Notes: generated by a model not told the origin, from the letters alone. DNA of 64,000 nucleotides from Polaribacter sp. (GCA_047616665.1 JBLHGY010000002.1:9319-73318), one strand, 5' to 3'; counted from the stretch's first letter, positions 28,158 through 39,165 are shown. Numbers and translations: made by a program.

Positions 28158-29174
28158 CTATTTTGCATACCGGTTCTGCAGCCACAAGTAAAATTGTAGG
28201 CCGAATAAAAGTGCACCTGCCAATAAGTGGATTGCCTGCGTACCAATAGGAATTTCTGCATAATACATTAAAATACCTGTAATTGCTTCTAAGAAAATTA
28301 AGAAAACAATCCAATTTACCAATGTATATCCCAAGTTTTTTAATTGATTTAGATAGAACATTCCTAAGTTTACTAAAACAATTGCAATGGTAAAAGATCT
28401 ATGAAAGTAAAATTTAAAACTAGGATTCATTAAACTGTGGTTCTTGTTTTCAAAACCATATAATTTCACCTGTTCGTCTATAAATTGCCTTACTTGTGTT
28501 CCCATAGCAATTTGTATCAATGAGAAAATTACAGAAATAATTAATAATTTATTAAAGAGTGCGTTGTATTTGTAGAGTACCTTTTTATTAGTAACAATAA
28601 ATCTCAACCATAATAAGAGTCCAATGATTATTAAACCAATTACCATGTGAACGGTAATAATTGCGGGGGTTAAATTAGTATCTACAACTGTTTTTCCTAA
28701 CCAAGCTTCAAATAACATTAAAAAGAATGCGCCGAACGCTAATCGTGGAATTCTTTTATCAGTTTTTCTTAACTTATAGGCTCCGTGAATAAGAAATAGA
28801 AACACAAAACCAGCTAAAACAGAAACGAGTCTATTAATGTATTCTGTCCAAGTATGAAACTTATTAAATTTGTTATAACCGTGTTTTGTGTATGCTGACC
28901 AATTTTTTGTGTTAAAGTTTTTTTCCGTTTTTAAATCGCTTTCGGCAACAAATAACACTTCGTCTTTAATAATAATAAGACCCTCTTTATAGGTTGTATT
29001 GGGTTTCCAGGTAATTTGTTCTTCAGAAGTTGGCGGAATGTAATAACCAAAACATTTAGGCCAATCAGGACAACCCATTCCAGAACCCGTCATTCTAACA
29101 ATAGCACCTGCCAAAAAGATTAAATAAACAGAAATAATAGCGATTTTCACTATTTTTGGAAACCTATTTTTCAT
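28158..29174 (-). CDS. ctaA: Heme A synthase COX15/CtaA
   Basis: VRMTGSGMGCPDWPKCFG, EYINR, TVHM, YFHR, QAIHL. Confidence 0.9.
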   Translation of the reverse strand: MKNRFPKIVKIAIISVYLIFLAGAIVRMTGSGMGCPDWPKCFGYYIPPTSEEQITWKPNTTYKEGLIIIKDEVLFVAESDLKTEKNFNTKNWSAYTKHGYNKFNKFHTWTEYINRLVSVLAGFVFLFLIHGAYKLRKTDKRIPRLAFGAFFLMLFEAWLGKTVVDTNLTPAIITVHMVIGLIIIGLLLWLRFIVTNKKVLYKYNALFNKLLIISVIFSLIQIAMGTQVRQFIDEQVKLYGFENKNHSLMNPSFKFYFHRSFTIAIVLVNLGMFYLNQLKNLGYTLVNWIVFLIFLEAITGILMYYAEIPIGTQAIHLLAGALLFGLQFYLWLQNRYAK

Positions 29175-29560
29175 TGAAAAAACTTTTTACAAAGATACTT
29201 CAAAAATGAATGAGCAAAAAAAAATTAAAACACTTCTCTCTATGTATAAAAATTCTAAATAACACTTTTAAAAAACATATTCTCAATAATTTTATTTCTT
29301 ATAATTTTTTATATTAAAAAAAAATTTTTTCAAAGTGCTTTTTAGGAATGTCAGCAGTAGTAGGAACTTAGCTTTTTTTGTCGATTTAAATACTTGATAA
29401 TAAGGCATTTGTATAATTATTAAAATTTGTTGTTTTTTTCGAAAAAAGTCAGATTGTTAAAAACTTCAAGGGTTTTGTGAATAAGTATGGCTTTCATTTA
29501 AAACGAAAAAGCCCAATCTTTGTAAGACCCTATTTAATTATTAAATAACAATACTTTATC

Positions 29561-30835
29561 GTGGAAATTACTCATATCATAAAAAGAGACTCTGAAATCA
29601 GTATTTTTGAGTTAGAAAAAATTACAAAGGCGATTGAAAAAGCGATGCTTTCAGTGAACAATGGTTCTAAAAGCGACGCTATTCAAATATCTTATAGTGT
29701 AAACGAAACTTTGTTAGAAACAAAGTCAAATGAACCAAAATACACACCCACAGTTGAGCAGGTTCAAGATATTGTAGAGCTTAAACTAATGAACAGCCCT
29801 TTTCAGGATGTTGCCAAAGCATACATTCTATATAGAAATGAGCAAACTAGAAGCAGAAAAAGAAATATTTTTGAAAAGAGACTAAACTTAAAGCCTTACG
29901 ATTATCCTGCTTTAACGGATTATGTAGATGCTATTAGACACTCTTATTGGATTCATACAGAGTTTAATTACACAAGTGACATACAAGATTTTAAAGCTAC
30001 ACTTACAGAAGTAGAGCAAGGTGCTATAAAAAACACTATGTTGGCAATTTCTCAAATAGAAGTAGCGGTTAAAACATTTTGGGGAGATATTTACAAGAAA
30101 ATGCCAAAGCCAGAAATTGGTGCGGTTGGGTCTACGTTTGCAGAAAGTGAAGTACGCCACCATGATGCATATTCGCATTTACTAGAGATTTTAGGGTTAA
30201 ATAACGAGTTTCACAACTTAAAGAAGAACCCAGTAATGATGAGGCGTGTAAATTATTTAGAGGGAGCTCTAAAGAATGTGAAAAGTGAAGACAATAAAGA
30301 ATTTTCTGAATCTATAATTCTTTTTTCTTTATTTATAGAGCATGTGTCTTTGTTTTCTCAGTTTTTGATAATAATGGCTTTTAACAAGCATAAAAATGTA
30401 TTAAAAGGAATTTCTAATGTGGTAGAGGCTACTTCTAAAGAAGAGCAAATTCATGGAGATTTTGGTATCGATATTATTAAAATTATAAAAGAAGAAAATC
30501 CAGATTGGTTTGATGAGGATCATAGTTTAATGGTTCAAGAAACTTGTAGAGAAGCTTTTCTCTCTGAAAGTAAAATAATTGATTGGATTTTTGAAAAAGG
30601 AGAATTAGACTTCTTACCTAAAAAAGTAATAAAAGAATTCGTAAAAAATAGATTTAATAACTCATTGGCAAGTATAGGTATCACAAAAATATTTGAAATT
30701 GATGCCGTTCTATTATCTGAAACAGATTGGTTTGATGATGAAATTATTGGAACCAAACACGGAGATTTCTTTGTAAAAAGATCTATTAATTACAGTAAAA
30801 GAACTAAAAGTATAACCAGCGACGACTTATTTTAA
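29561..30835 (+). CDS. nrdB: Ribonucleotide reductase beta subunit with N-terminal ATP-cone
   Basis: IIKRD....FE.EKI..AI.KA...VEQVQD.VE..LM.....VAKAYILYR (ATP-cone), then ferritin-like domain with QIE, ESEVRH, FIEH, KEEQIH; GTG start. Confidence 0.92.
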   Translation: MEITHIIKRDSEISIFELEKITKAIEKAMLSVNNGSKSDAIQISYSVNETLLETKSNEPKYTPTVEQVQDIVELKLMNSPFQDVAKAYILYRNEQTRSRKRNIFEKRLNLKPYDYPALTDYVDAIRHSYWIHTEFNYTSDIQDFKATLTEVEQGAIKNTMLAISQIEVAVKTFWGDIYKKMPKPEIGAVGSTFAESEVRHHDAYSHLLEILGLNNEFHNLKKNPVMMRRVNYLEGALKNVKSEDNKEFSESIILFSLFIEHVSLFSQFLIIMAFNKHKNVLKGISNVVEATSKEEQIHGDFGIDIIKIIKEENPDWFDEDHSLMVQETCREAFLSESKIIDWIFEKGELDFLPKKVIKEFVKNRFNNSLASIGITKIFEIDAVLLSETDWFDDEIIGTKHGDFFVKRSINYSKRTKSITSDDLF

Positions 30836-30839
30836 ATTT

Positions 30840-32618
30840 ATGAACCAAACCGAATCTAAGACCACCCATCTTACAGAGCACGAACAATTAATTCAAGCAG
30901 CGAACACTGCTAGAAAAGATATTCTCGAAAAACAAAAAGAACCAGAAATTACTTGGCTAACAGAAAATAGTCGCAAATTTTTAGAGTCCGGTTATTTAAC
31001 CGGAGATACAACTCCAGAGGAAAGAATACGCGAAATAGCAGACAATGCAGAAGGTATCTTGAAAATTAAAGGATTTTCAGATAAGTTTTACAAGTATATG
31101 GCTGCAGGTTATTTTTCTTTATCGTCACCAGTTTGGTCTAATTTTGGAAAGAAAAGAGGGTTGCCAATTAGCTGTTTTGGTTCGCATGTAGCAGATGATA
31201 TGGGAGATATTTTATACTCGCAATCTGAAGTAGGCATGATGTCTAAATTAGGTGGAGGTACTTCTGGGTACTTTGGTAAATTACGTGAAAGAGGTGCAGA
31301 TGTAAAAAATAATGGATCATCATCTGGTTCTGTACACATCATGCAGTTGTTTGAAAAAATGGTCGATGTTGTAAGTCAAGGTTCTGTAAGACGTGGACGT
31401 TTTTCTCCATATTTACCAGTTGATCATAAAGATATTAAAGAGTTTTTAGAAATAGGAACGGAAGGAAACCCAATACAAGAATTAACCCATGGTGTTACGG
31501 TAAGTGACCAATGGATGGAAGAAATGATTGCTGGAGATACAGAAAAGAGAAGTATTTGGGCAAAAATTTTACAAAGAAGAGGTGAGATAGGGTATCCTTA
31601 TATTTTATTTAGAGACAATGCAAATAATGGAACGGTAGATGTTTACAAAGACAAAAACCACGAAATTTATGCAAGTAATTTGTGTACAGAAATTATGCTG
31701 CCTTCTAATGAAGATTGGTCTTTTGTATGTTGTTTATCATCCATTAACTTGGTGCATTATGAGGAGTGGAAAGATACAGACGCAGTAGAAACTTTAGCTT
31801 TCTTTTTAGATGCAGTAATGCAAGAGTTTATTACCAAATTAGAAGTGTTTAAAGATTCTCCAGATAGAGATGATCAGTTTACATTTCGTTTTATGGAAAA
31901 AGCTTACAATTTTGCAAAAGAAAACAGAGCTTTAGGTTTAGGAGCTTTAGGTTGGCATTCTTTATTACAATCTAAAATGTTGGCATTCGATAGTCAAGAA
32001 GCGTATAACTTAAATACAGAAATCTTTAAAGTTATTAAAGAGAAATCATACAAAGCGTCTGAAGAAATGGCGAAGATGTATGGGGAACCATCTGTATTAA
32101 AAGGATACGGTAGACGTAACACCACTTTAAATGCAATAGCACCCACTACATCGTCTGCTTTTATTTTAGGGCAAGTATCACAGGGTATCGAGCCAATTTG
32201 GTCTAATATTTATGTAAAAGATATTGCAAAAATTAAAACAACCATTAGAAATCCGGTTTTAGAAAAATTACTAGAGGCAAAAGGACAAAGTACTTCAGAT
32301 GTTTGGAAGAGCATTCGAGACAATGATGGTTCTGTGCAACATTTAAGTATTTTAACAGCAGCAGAAAAAGACGTTTTTAAAACGTATTCAGAAATAGATC
32401 AAAAAGTAATTGTGTATCAAGCAGCAAATAGACAAACGCATATAGATCAAGGGCAATCTATAAATATTATGGTACACCCAGACATGCCAATTAAAGAAGT
32501 AAACGATGTATATATTACGGCTTGGAAATTAGGTGTAAAATCTATGTATTACCAACACAGTATGAATGCAGCACAGAAATTTAAACAAAAGAAAGATTGT
32601 GCAAGTTGCGAAGGATAA
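30840..32618 (+). CDS. nrdA: Ribonucleotide reductase alpha subunit (short, no ATP-cone)
   Basis: PISCF, SNLCTEI, VCCLSS, APTTSS, SMYY, C-terminal CASCEG. Confidence 0.95.
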   Translation: MNQTESKTTHLTEHEQLIQAANTARKDILEKQKEPEITWLTENSRKFLESGYLTGDTTPEERIREIADNAEGILKIKGFSDKFYKYMAAGYFSLSSPVWSNFGKKRGLPISCFGSHVADDMGDILYSQSEVGMMSKLGGGTSGYFGKLRERGADVKNNGSSSGSVHIMQLFEKMVDVVSQGSVRRGRFSPYLPVDHKDIKEFLEIGTEGNPIQELTHGVTVSDQWMEEMIAGDTEKRSIWAKILQRRGEIGYPYILFRDNANNGTVDVYKDKNHEIYASNLCTEIMLPSNEDWSFVCCLSSINLVHYEEWKDTDAVETLAFFLDAVMQEFITKLEVFKDSPDRDDQFTFRFMEKAYNFAKENRALGLGALGWHSLLQSKMLAFDSQEAYNLNTEIFKVIKEKSYKASEEMAKMYGEPSVLKGYGRRNTTLNAIAPTTSSAFILGQVSQGIEPIWSNIYVKDIAKIKTTIRNPVLEKLLEAKGQSTSDVWKSIRDNDGSVQHLSILTAAEKDVFKTYSEIDQKVIVYQAANRQTHIDQGQSINIMVHPDMPIKEVNDVYITAWKLGVKSMYYQHSMNAAQKFKQKKDCASCEG

Positions 32619-32708
32619 TCGAGTAGATTGTTTTTTATTACAAAATTGATAAAAAGAGAGGTCGAAAGGCTTCTCTTTTTTGTTTAATTTAGACAATATT
32701 TTATAATT

Positions 32709-34049
32709 ATGATGAACTGGGAACAACTACTTTCTTTAAAACGCTTTGGCGACACACAAAAACGCCCAAGAGCAGCACAAGACGAAACACGTTTGGGTTT
32801 TGATGTAGACTTTGATAGAATCATCTTTTCATCGGCATTTAGAAGTTTACAAGACAAAACACAGGTAATTCCGTTATCTGAAACCGATTTTGTACACACC
32901 CGTTTAACGCACAGTTTAGAAGTGTCTGTTGTGGGTAGAACCTTAGGTAGAAGAGTAGGTAAAGTGTTGTTGGAAAGACACCCAAACTTAGCAGCTTTAG
33001 GATACACTTTTAACGATTTTGGAGCCATCGTTGCAGCGGCCTCTGTAACACACGATATTGGGAATCCTCCTTTTGGGCATTCAGGAGAAAAAGCTATTGG
33101 CGAGTATTTTAAAACAGGAAACGGTGCGAAGTATAAAGATAAACTTACAGATAAAGAATACCAAGATTTAATAGACTTTGAAGGAAATGCAAACGGATTC
33201 AAAATTTTAACAGAATCTAGAGAGGGTGTTTTTGGAGGTTTGCGCTTGTCTTATGCTACTTTAGGAGCCTTTTTAAAGTATCCGAAAGAAAGCCTTCCAA
33301 AAAATCCAACCAACCATATTGTAGATAAAAAGTATGGCTTTTTTCAATCAGAAAAACAAGAATTTTTAGAAGTTGTAGCAGATTTAGGGCTATTACAAAA
33401 AGCTACAGAGGCAATTTCTTTTTACAGGCATCCTTTAGCTTACTTGGTAGAAGCGGCAGATGATATTTGTTATACAATTATAGATTTTGAAGACGGAATA
33501 AACCTTGGTTTAATTGAGGAAGAATTTGCTTTAGAATATATGATTAAGCTCGTAAAAGATACCATTGATAGTAAAAAATACCATTCATTAAAGCACAAAA
33601 CAGACAGAGTAAGTTATTTACGTGCTTTGGCAATTGGCGTATTAATTAATGAAGCTGTAGCCATTTTTTTAGAAAACGAAGCGGCAATTTTAGCAGGTAC
33701 TTTTGAAAAATCATTGTTAGAGAAATGCAAGTACGAAGCACAAATTAACGATATTATTAAAATAAGTGTTGCTAAAATTTACAAAAGTACAGAGGTCGTA
33801 GAAAAAGAAGTTGCGGGTTATCGGATTATTGCAGATTTGTTAGATGTATTTGTAACTGCTTTAAATAACAAGTTTGATGGAAATCCGTCTAATTTTGATA
33901 AGTTGGTTTTAAATTTATTACCAGAAGAATACAAAATAGAGAACGTTAATTTATATGATAGAATTATGCAGGTGTGCAGTTATGTGGCCAGGATTTCAGA
34001 TAGTTATGCAATTAGAATGCATAAAAAATTAACAGGAAATATACTATAG
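32709..34049 (+). CDS. dgt: dGTP triphosphohydrolase
   Basis: FRSLQDKTQV, TRLTHSLEV, HDIGNPPFGHSGE, EAADDICY. Confidence 0.93.
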   Translation: MMNWEQLLSLKRFGDTQKRPRAAQDETRLGFDVDFDRIIFSSAFRSLQDKTQVIPLSETDFVHTRLTHSLEVSVVGRTLGRRVGKVLLERHPNLAALGYTFNDFGAIVAAASVTHDIGNPPFGHSGEKAIGEYFKTGNGAKYKDKLTDKEYQDLIDFEGNANGFKILTESREGVFGGLRLSYATLGAFLKYPKESLPKNPTNHIVDKKYGFFQSEKQEFLEVVADLGLLQKATEAISFYRHPLAYLVEAADDICYTIIDFEDGINLGLIEEEFALEYMIKLVKDTIDSKKYHSLKHKTDRVSYLRALAIGVLINEAVAIFLENEAAILAGTFEKSLLEKCKYEAQINDIIKISVAKIYKSTEVVEKEVAGYRIIADLLDVFVTALNNKFDGNPSNFDKLVLNLLPEEYKIENVNLYDRIMQVCSYVARISDSYAIRMHKKLTGNIL

Positions 34050-34093
34050 AGAAATAAATTTTAATTAAATTTGGGAAATTAAAGTTTAAAAAG

Positions 34094-37000
34094 ATGGAAA
34101 AAATGAAGAAAAAATTATTCTTTTCAATTGTATTATTTGCAGCGATCGCTTTTACATATAATGCTTTTACAAAACAAACACAAATAGAGATACTAAGAGA
34201 AAAACATGTAGATTTTCTAGCAGAGAGTCCTTTTAAAGAAACACTTAAGCTTTCAAAAAAAGAAAGAAAAGCAATAGAACTTACACCTAATAAGTTTTAT
34301 GAAAGACAATGGGAACTTACTCTTAATCCTGCTACAGGAAAGCCTGAGCCAGAAAAATTATTAGCACTTCAAGAAAGGTTAAGAAAAGACAGACTCTTTT
34401 CTAAAGTGCCAGGTGATGGCAGTAATAGTTGGACTGAACGCGGCCCAGATAATCAAGGGGGTAGAACCAGAGCAATTATGTTTGATCCGAATGATGTGAA
34501 TGGTAAAAGAGTATTTGCTGGAGGTGTAAGTGGTGGTCTTTGGCTTAATACGGATATAACGGATGCTAATTCTGCATGGTCAGAGGTTGGTATTCCTGCA
34601 AATTTAGCGGTATCCGTGATAACGCATGACCCAAATAATACAATGACATTTTATGTAGGAACCGGCGAGAGCTATACCAATGGTGATGCAAATGGCAATG
34701 GTGTATGGAAGTCTACTAATGGAGGACAAACATGGGCAAGAATATTTGGTGGTGAGCCGGGAGAAACGTACGTTATTCCTGATACAGGAATCGATACCGG
34801 AGATGTAAAGGTTACTGTTAATTCTCCAAGCAGTATTGCAGGAGATTATTTTGGACTTTCTGGGTCTTTTGGTGCTGATTTAACCCCAATATCTGGTACT
34901 TTAGTGTTAGTTGATGATGGTAGTGGAAACCCTAACGAAGGTTGCAGTTCTTTAACTAATGGTGCAGCCATTTCAGGAAATATTGCAGTTGTTTATAGGG
35001 GGTCTTGTAATTTTTCTTCCAAAGCATTAAATGCTCAAAATGAAGGTGCGCTTGCAGTTATTGTGGTTAACAATGTTTCTGGACCTGCTGTTGGAATGGC
35101 GTCAGGAGACGATGGCGATCAGGTTACAATTCCTACGTTCATGCTTTCACAAGCAGACGGACAGGCTATTATAAATGAACTCGCTAGTGGTGTTACTGTA
35201 GACTTAGAAACCATACCTTTCGTAAGAGATTACGCTGGTTATACAGCTAAACCTGGGGTACAACATATAAACGACATAAAAGTAAGAGACATCGGTGGTG
35301 GTAATAGTGAAATATATATTGCAGCAGGAACTGCTTATTATAGAGGTGTATTTTTAGGACCGGAAGATTTTGGTCTCTTTAAATCTGTAAATAGTGGAGA
35401 TAGCTGGTCTAAATTAGAGTTGGCTGAAGCAATACCAAATGATATTGAAATTGGTGCAGACAATGCGGTTTGGGTGGCAACAACAAACAATTCTTTTGGT
35501 GATGAAGCTGGTGAAATTTTTTCTTCAACAGACGGTACTACTTTTGCCTTAAAGCACAAGGTTGCAGATGGTTTGCGTACTCAAATAGCAGTATCTAGGA
35601 CCAATGCATCTTTACTATATGTCTTAGTTGGTACAAGTTCTGCACCGGTAGAAATTATTTATACAGACGATGCTTTTGCAACAACTACTAGTGTATCATT
35701 ACCAAATGACGCTGATAATGGGATTCCTGCAGATGATTTTACGAGAGGTCAAGCGTTTTATGACTTAATGATTGAGGTAGATCCTAATAATGATAATGTT
35801 GCATATGTTGGAGGAATAGATTTATTTAAAACTACGGATAGTGGAGGTACTTGGGAACAATTATCGCACTGGTATGGTGGTTTTGGCTTTCAAGAAGTAC
35901 ACGCAGATCAGCATGCACTAACCTTTTTAAACAACTCCTCTTCTATAATGATGTTTTCAAATGATGGTGGGGTTTATTATTCAAATGATGCAGGCGCAAA
36001 CATAACTTCTAGAAGTAAAAATTATAACACTCTTCAGTTTTATAAAGGAGCTATAGGACAGGAAGTTGGAGCAAATGAAAAATTATTAGCAGGAGCCCAA
36101 GACAATGGATCCCAATTAATAAATAATGCTTCTGCAGGAATAAATTCTGCAAATGAAGTTACTGGAGGTGATGGCGCTTATTGTTTTATTGATAAGGATA
36201 ATGAATATATGATAACCTCTTACGTGTATAATAATTTTTATTATTTAAACTATGCAACAGGGGCTCAAGTATATTCAATTGATTCAGATTCAGATTCTGG
36301 AGATTTTATAAATCCATCCGCTTTAGATAGCAATACGAATAACTTGTATACAAACGGATCTTCAGGAACTACATATCAAATAAATAGATACAGTTTAGCA
36401 TCAACTTCGGCAACTAAATATATTTTATCAGACGCTTTGTTAGATGCTGCACCTACAGTATTTAAGCCATTGGCATCTACCTTTTTCCATAAAAATGTTA
36501 TGGTTGGAACAGAAAATGGAAAATTGTTTACCATAAAATTTAATGATTCTAGTGCTACTTGGACAGAAATTACAGGAGCCAATTTTGTTGGTAGTATTTC
36601 AAGTATAGCATTGGGAGATACAGAACAAGAGATTTATATAACATTTTATAATTACGGTGTTTCTAGTGTTTTCTACTCTAGTAATGGTGGTGCTTCTTGG
36701 CAAGACAAAGAAGGTGATTTTCCAGATATTTCAATAAGAGCGATCATGGCAAATCCATTAAATTCAAATGAAGTAATTATAGGAACTGATCTTGGAGTTT
36801 GGGGGACTGATAACTTTAGTGATGCAAGTCCTAATTGGATGCAAGCGTATAACGGTATGAAAGATGTACCTGTGCATAGTTTCGATTTAAGAACTGCTGA
36901 CAATACTGTTTTAGCTGCAACGCACGGTAGAGGTCTGTTTACTGGCCAATTTACTTCAGAACCAAGTACGCTATCTATCGATAATATCGAATTTGATGAG

Positions 37001-37240
37001 GCATTCAGCGTTTATCCAACAGTATCAAAAGGGAACATTACGGTTTTTGCTAAAAGTTCTTTAGGAAAGGTGAAAATGAATATTTTTGATATTTCAGGAA
37101 GGCAAGTTCATAATGAAGATTTAGATTTTGGTTTACAAGAAAAACAAAAAGTTTCTTTAAATTTAAATTCAGGAATCTATTTTGTGAATTTAATACATGG
37201 GAATGGGAAAAAATCTTCTAAGAAGATTGTAATACAATAA
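34094..37240 (+). CDS. T9SS-secreted BNR/Asp-box beta-propeller protein with inserted PA domain
   Basis: Asp-boxes (S.NGGQTW, TTDSGGTW, SSNGGASW), HADQH, PA domain (RGSCNFSSKALNAQNEGALAVIVVNN), type-A CTD (VYPT...GIYFVN...KKIVIQ). Confidence 0.85.
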   Translation: MEKMKKKLFFSIVLFAAIAFTYNAFTKQTQIEILREKHVDFLAESPFKETLKLSKKERKAIELTPNKFYERQWELTLNPATGKPEPEKLLALQERLRKDRLFSKVPGDGSNSWTERGPDNQGGRTRAIMFDPNDVNGKRVFAGGVSGGLWLNTDITDANSAWSEVGIPANLAVSVITHDPNNTMTFYVGTGESYTNGDANGNGVWKSTNGGQTWARIFGGEPGETYVIPDTGIDTGDVKVTVNSPSSIAGDYFGLSGSFGADLTPISGTLVLVDDGSGNPNEGCSSLTNGAAISGNIAVVYRGSCNFSSKALNAQNEGALAVIVVNNVSGPAVGMASGDDGDQVTIPTFMLSQADGQAIINELASGVTVDLETIPFVRDYAGYTAKPGVQHINDIKVRDIGGGNSEIYIAAGTAYYRGVFLGPEDFGLFKSVNSGDSWSKLELAEAIPNDIEIGADNAVWVATTNNSFGDEAGEIFSSTDGTTFALKHKVADGLRTQIAVSRTNASLLYVLVGTSSAPVEIIYTDDAFATTTSVSLPNDADNGIPADDFTRGQAFYDLMIEVDPNNDNVAYVGGIDLFKTTDSGGTWEQLSHWYGGFGFQEVHADQHALTFLNNSSSIMMFSNDGGVYYSNDAGANITSRSKNYNTLQFYKGAIGQEVGANEKLLAGAQDNGSQLINNASAGINSANEVTGGDGAYCFIDKDNEYMITSYVYNNFYYLNYATGAQVYSIDSDSDSGDFINPSALDSNTNNLYTNGSSGTTYQINRYSLASTSATKYILSDALLDAAPTVFKPLASTFFHKNVMVGTENGKLFTIKFNDSSATWTEITGANFVGSISSIALGDTEQEIYITFYNYGVSSVFYSSNGGASWQDKEGDFPDISIRAIMANPLNSNEVIIGTDLGVWGTDNFSDASPNWMQAYNGMKDVPVHSFDLRTADNTVLAATHGRGLFTGQFTSEPSTLSIDNIEFDEAFSVYPTVSKGNITVFAKSSLGKVKMNIFDISGRQVHNEDLDFGLQEKQKVSLNLNSGIYFVNLIHGNGKKSSKKIVIQ

Positions 37241-37260
37241 AAAGAGTTTAAAATAGCAGT

Positions 37261-37290
37261 AAAAAAGACGCTACATGTAGCGTCTTTTTT
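37261..37290. terminator. Bidirectional terminator
   Basis: AAAAAGACGCTACATGTAGCGTCTTTTT between convergent genes. Confidence 0.8.
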
Positions 37291-39055
37291 ATGCTTTAGA
37301 AAATAAGCTTGCTAAATTACTTGCATCCAAACCAATTTTACGTTGAAGTTCTAAAACACTTCCGTGTTCTATAAAGTTATCTGGAATACCTAGTACTTGA
37401 ATCTTGTTTTTATACTCATTTTTGGAAACAAATTCTAAAATAGCAGCTCCAAATCCGCCTTTGATGGTGCCATCTTCAATGGTGAAAATGGTTTTGTGAT
37501 TTTTAAAAATTTCATGCAACAAACGCTCATCCAAAGGTTTTACAAAACGCATGTCATAGTGTGCAATTTCTGAAGAATCACCCGATAATTCAATGGCGTC
37601 AGAAACATTTTTAGCAATGGTGCCAATAGATAAAACAGCTTTTTTTGTACCTGTTTTTAACTGTAGTCCCTTTCCAATTTCAATTTTTTCAAAAGATTTT
37701 TGCCAATCACTAATACTTCCAGTTCCTCTTGGATACCGAATTGCAATCGGATTTTTTAACCCTAATTGGGCTGTATATAAAATATTTCGCAATTCAATTT
37801 CATTTCTTGGGGCAAAAACAATTAAATTAGGAATGGCACGCAAGTATGCCAAATCAAAAACTCCGTGATGTGTAGCACCATCTTCTCCAACCAAACCTGC
37901 CCTATCTAAACAGAATACAACTGGCAAGTTTTGAAGTGCAACATCATGAATTACTTGGTCATAAGCACGTTGTAGAAAGGTAGAATAAATGTTACAAAAC
38001 GGAATAAAACCTTGTGTTGCCATTCCTGCAGCTAAGCTTACAGCATGTTGTTCTGCAATACCCACATCAAAAGTTCTTTTCGGGAATTTTTCAAACATAA
38101 ATTTTAGCGAACTTCCTGTTAACATTGCAGGTGTAATTCCTATGATTTTATTGTTTTGTGTTGCTAATTCTACCATTGTTTTTCCAAAAACATCTTGGTA
38201 TTTTGTATATAAACTTGCTGTTTTTTTTATGCGCACCCCAGAAACTTTATCAAACTTTCCAGGAGCATGATAGGTTACTTGGTCTTCTTCTGCTTTTTGT
38301 AATCCTTTACCTTTGGTGGTAATTACATGTAAAAACTTAGGGCCTTTCACAGATTTTAAGCGTTCTAATTCAGCCAAGACCTTCGGTAAATTATGGCCAT
38401 CAATTGGACCCGAATAATCAAAATTTAAGGCTTTTATAATATTATTTTGAGCGGCTAGTTTTCTATCTGTTTTTACCCTAGTTAAATATTCTTTAAGAGC
38501 ACCAACAGATGGATCTATTCCGATAGCGTTGTCGTTTAAAATGATGAGTAAATTTGCTTTAGAAACCCCCGCATGGTTTAGTGCTTCAAAAGCCATTCCG
38601 CTGGCAATAGAAGCATCGCCAATAACAGCAATGTGTTGTTTTTCGGTCTGCCCTTTTAGGTTCGATGCAATTGCCATTCCTAAAGCTGCAGAAATAGAAG
38701 TAGAAGAGTGCCCCACGCCAAAAGCATCAAATGCGCTTTCTTTTCTGGATGGGAATCCTGCAATGCCACCAAATTGTCTGTTGGTGTGAAAAATAGCCTT
38801 TCTTCCCGTTAAAATTTTATGGCCGTATGCTTGGTGTCCAACATCCCAAACGAGTAAATCATTGGGAGTATCAAACAAATAATGAATTGCAATGGTAAGC
38901 TCTATAACTCCTAAACTTGCGCCTAAATGCCCTTCTTTTGTGGCAATAACATTAATAATAAATGCACGTAACTCTTTGGCCAACTGTGGCAATTGAGTAG
39001 GATTTAGTTTTCTTAAATCTTTCGGATTTGATATGTTGTCTAGCAAATTCTTCAT
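37289..39055 (-). CDS. dxs: 1-deoxy-D-xylulose-5-phosphate synthase
   Basis: GHLGASLG, WDVGHQAYGHK, GDASI, DVGIAEQHA, DRAG.VGEDG.THHG; start ATG 39055. Confidence 0.95.
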   Translation of the reverse strand: MKNLLDNISNPKDLRKLNPTQLPQLAKELRAFIINVIATKEGHLGASLGVIELTIAIHYLFDTPNDLLVWDVGHQAYGHKILTGRKAIFHTNRQFGGIAGFPSRKESAFDAFGVGHSSTSISAALGMAIASNLKGQTEKQHIAVIGDASIASGMAFEALNHAGVSKANLLIILNDNAIGIDPSVGALKEYLTRVKTDRKLAAQNNIIKALNFDYSGPIDGHNLPKVLAELERLKSVKGPKFLHVITTKGKGLQKAEEDQVTYHAPGKFDKVSGVRIKKTASLYTKYQDVFGKTMVELATQNNKIIGITPAMLTGSSLKFMFEKFPKRTFDVGIAEQHAVSLAAGMATQGFIPFCNIYSTFLQRAYDQVIHDVALQNLPVVFCLDRAGLVGEDGATHHGVFDLAYLRAIPNLIVFAPRNEIELRNILYTAQLGLKNPIAIRYPRGTGSISDWQKSFEKIEIGKGLQLKTGTKKAVLSIGTIAKNVSDAIELSGDSSEIAHYDMRFVKPLDERLLHEIFKNHKTIFTIEDGTIKGGFGAAILEFVSKNEYKNKIQVLGIPDNFIEHGSVLELQRKIGLDASNLASLFSKA

Positions 39056-39165
39056 TCGGTTACAAAAATACAACTTCCAATTTTATATTGATAAAACAGT
39101 TGCTTTATAAATACAAAGCTATCGCAAATATTTTACTTAATTTTGTCTTTCTTAATCAATACTTC

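Noticed and set aside
32709-34049. dGTPase as an anti-phage defence gene
   Set aside because: Housekeeping context next to nrdAB, with no defence-island features.
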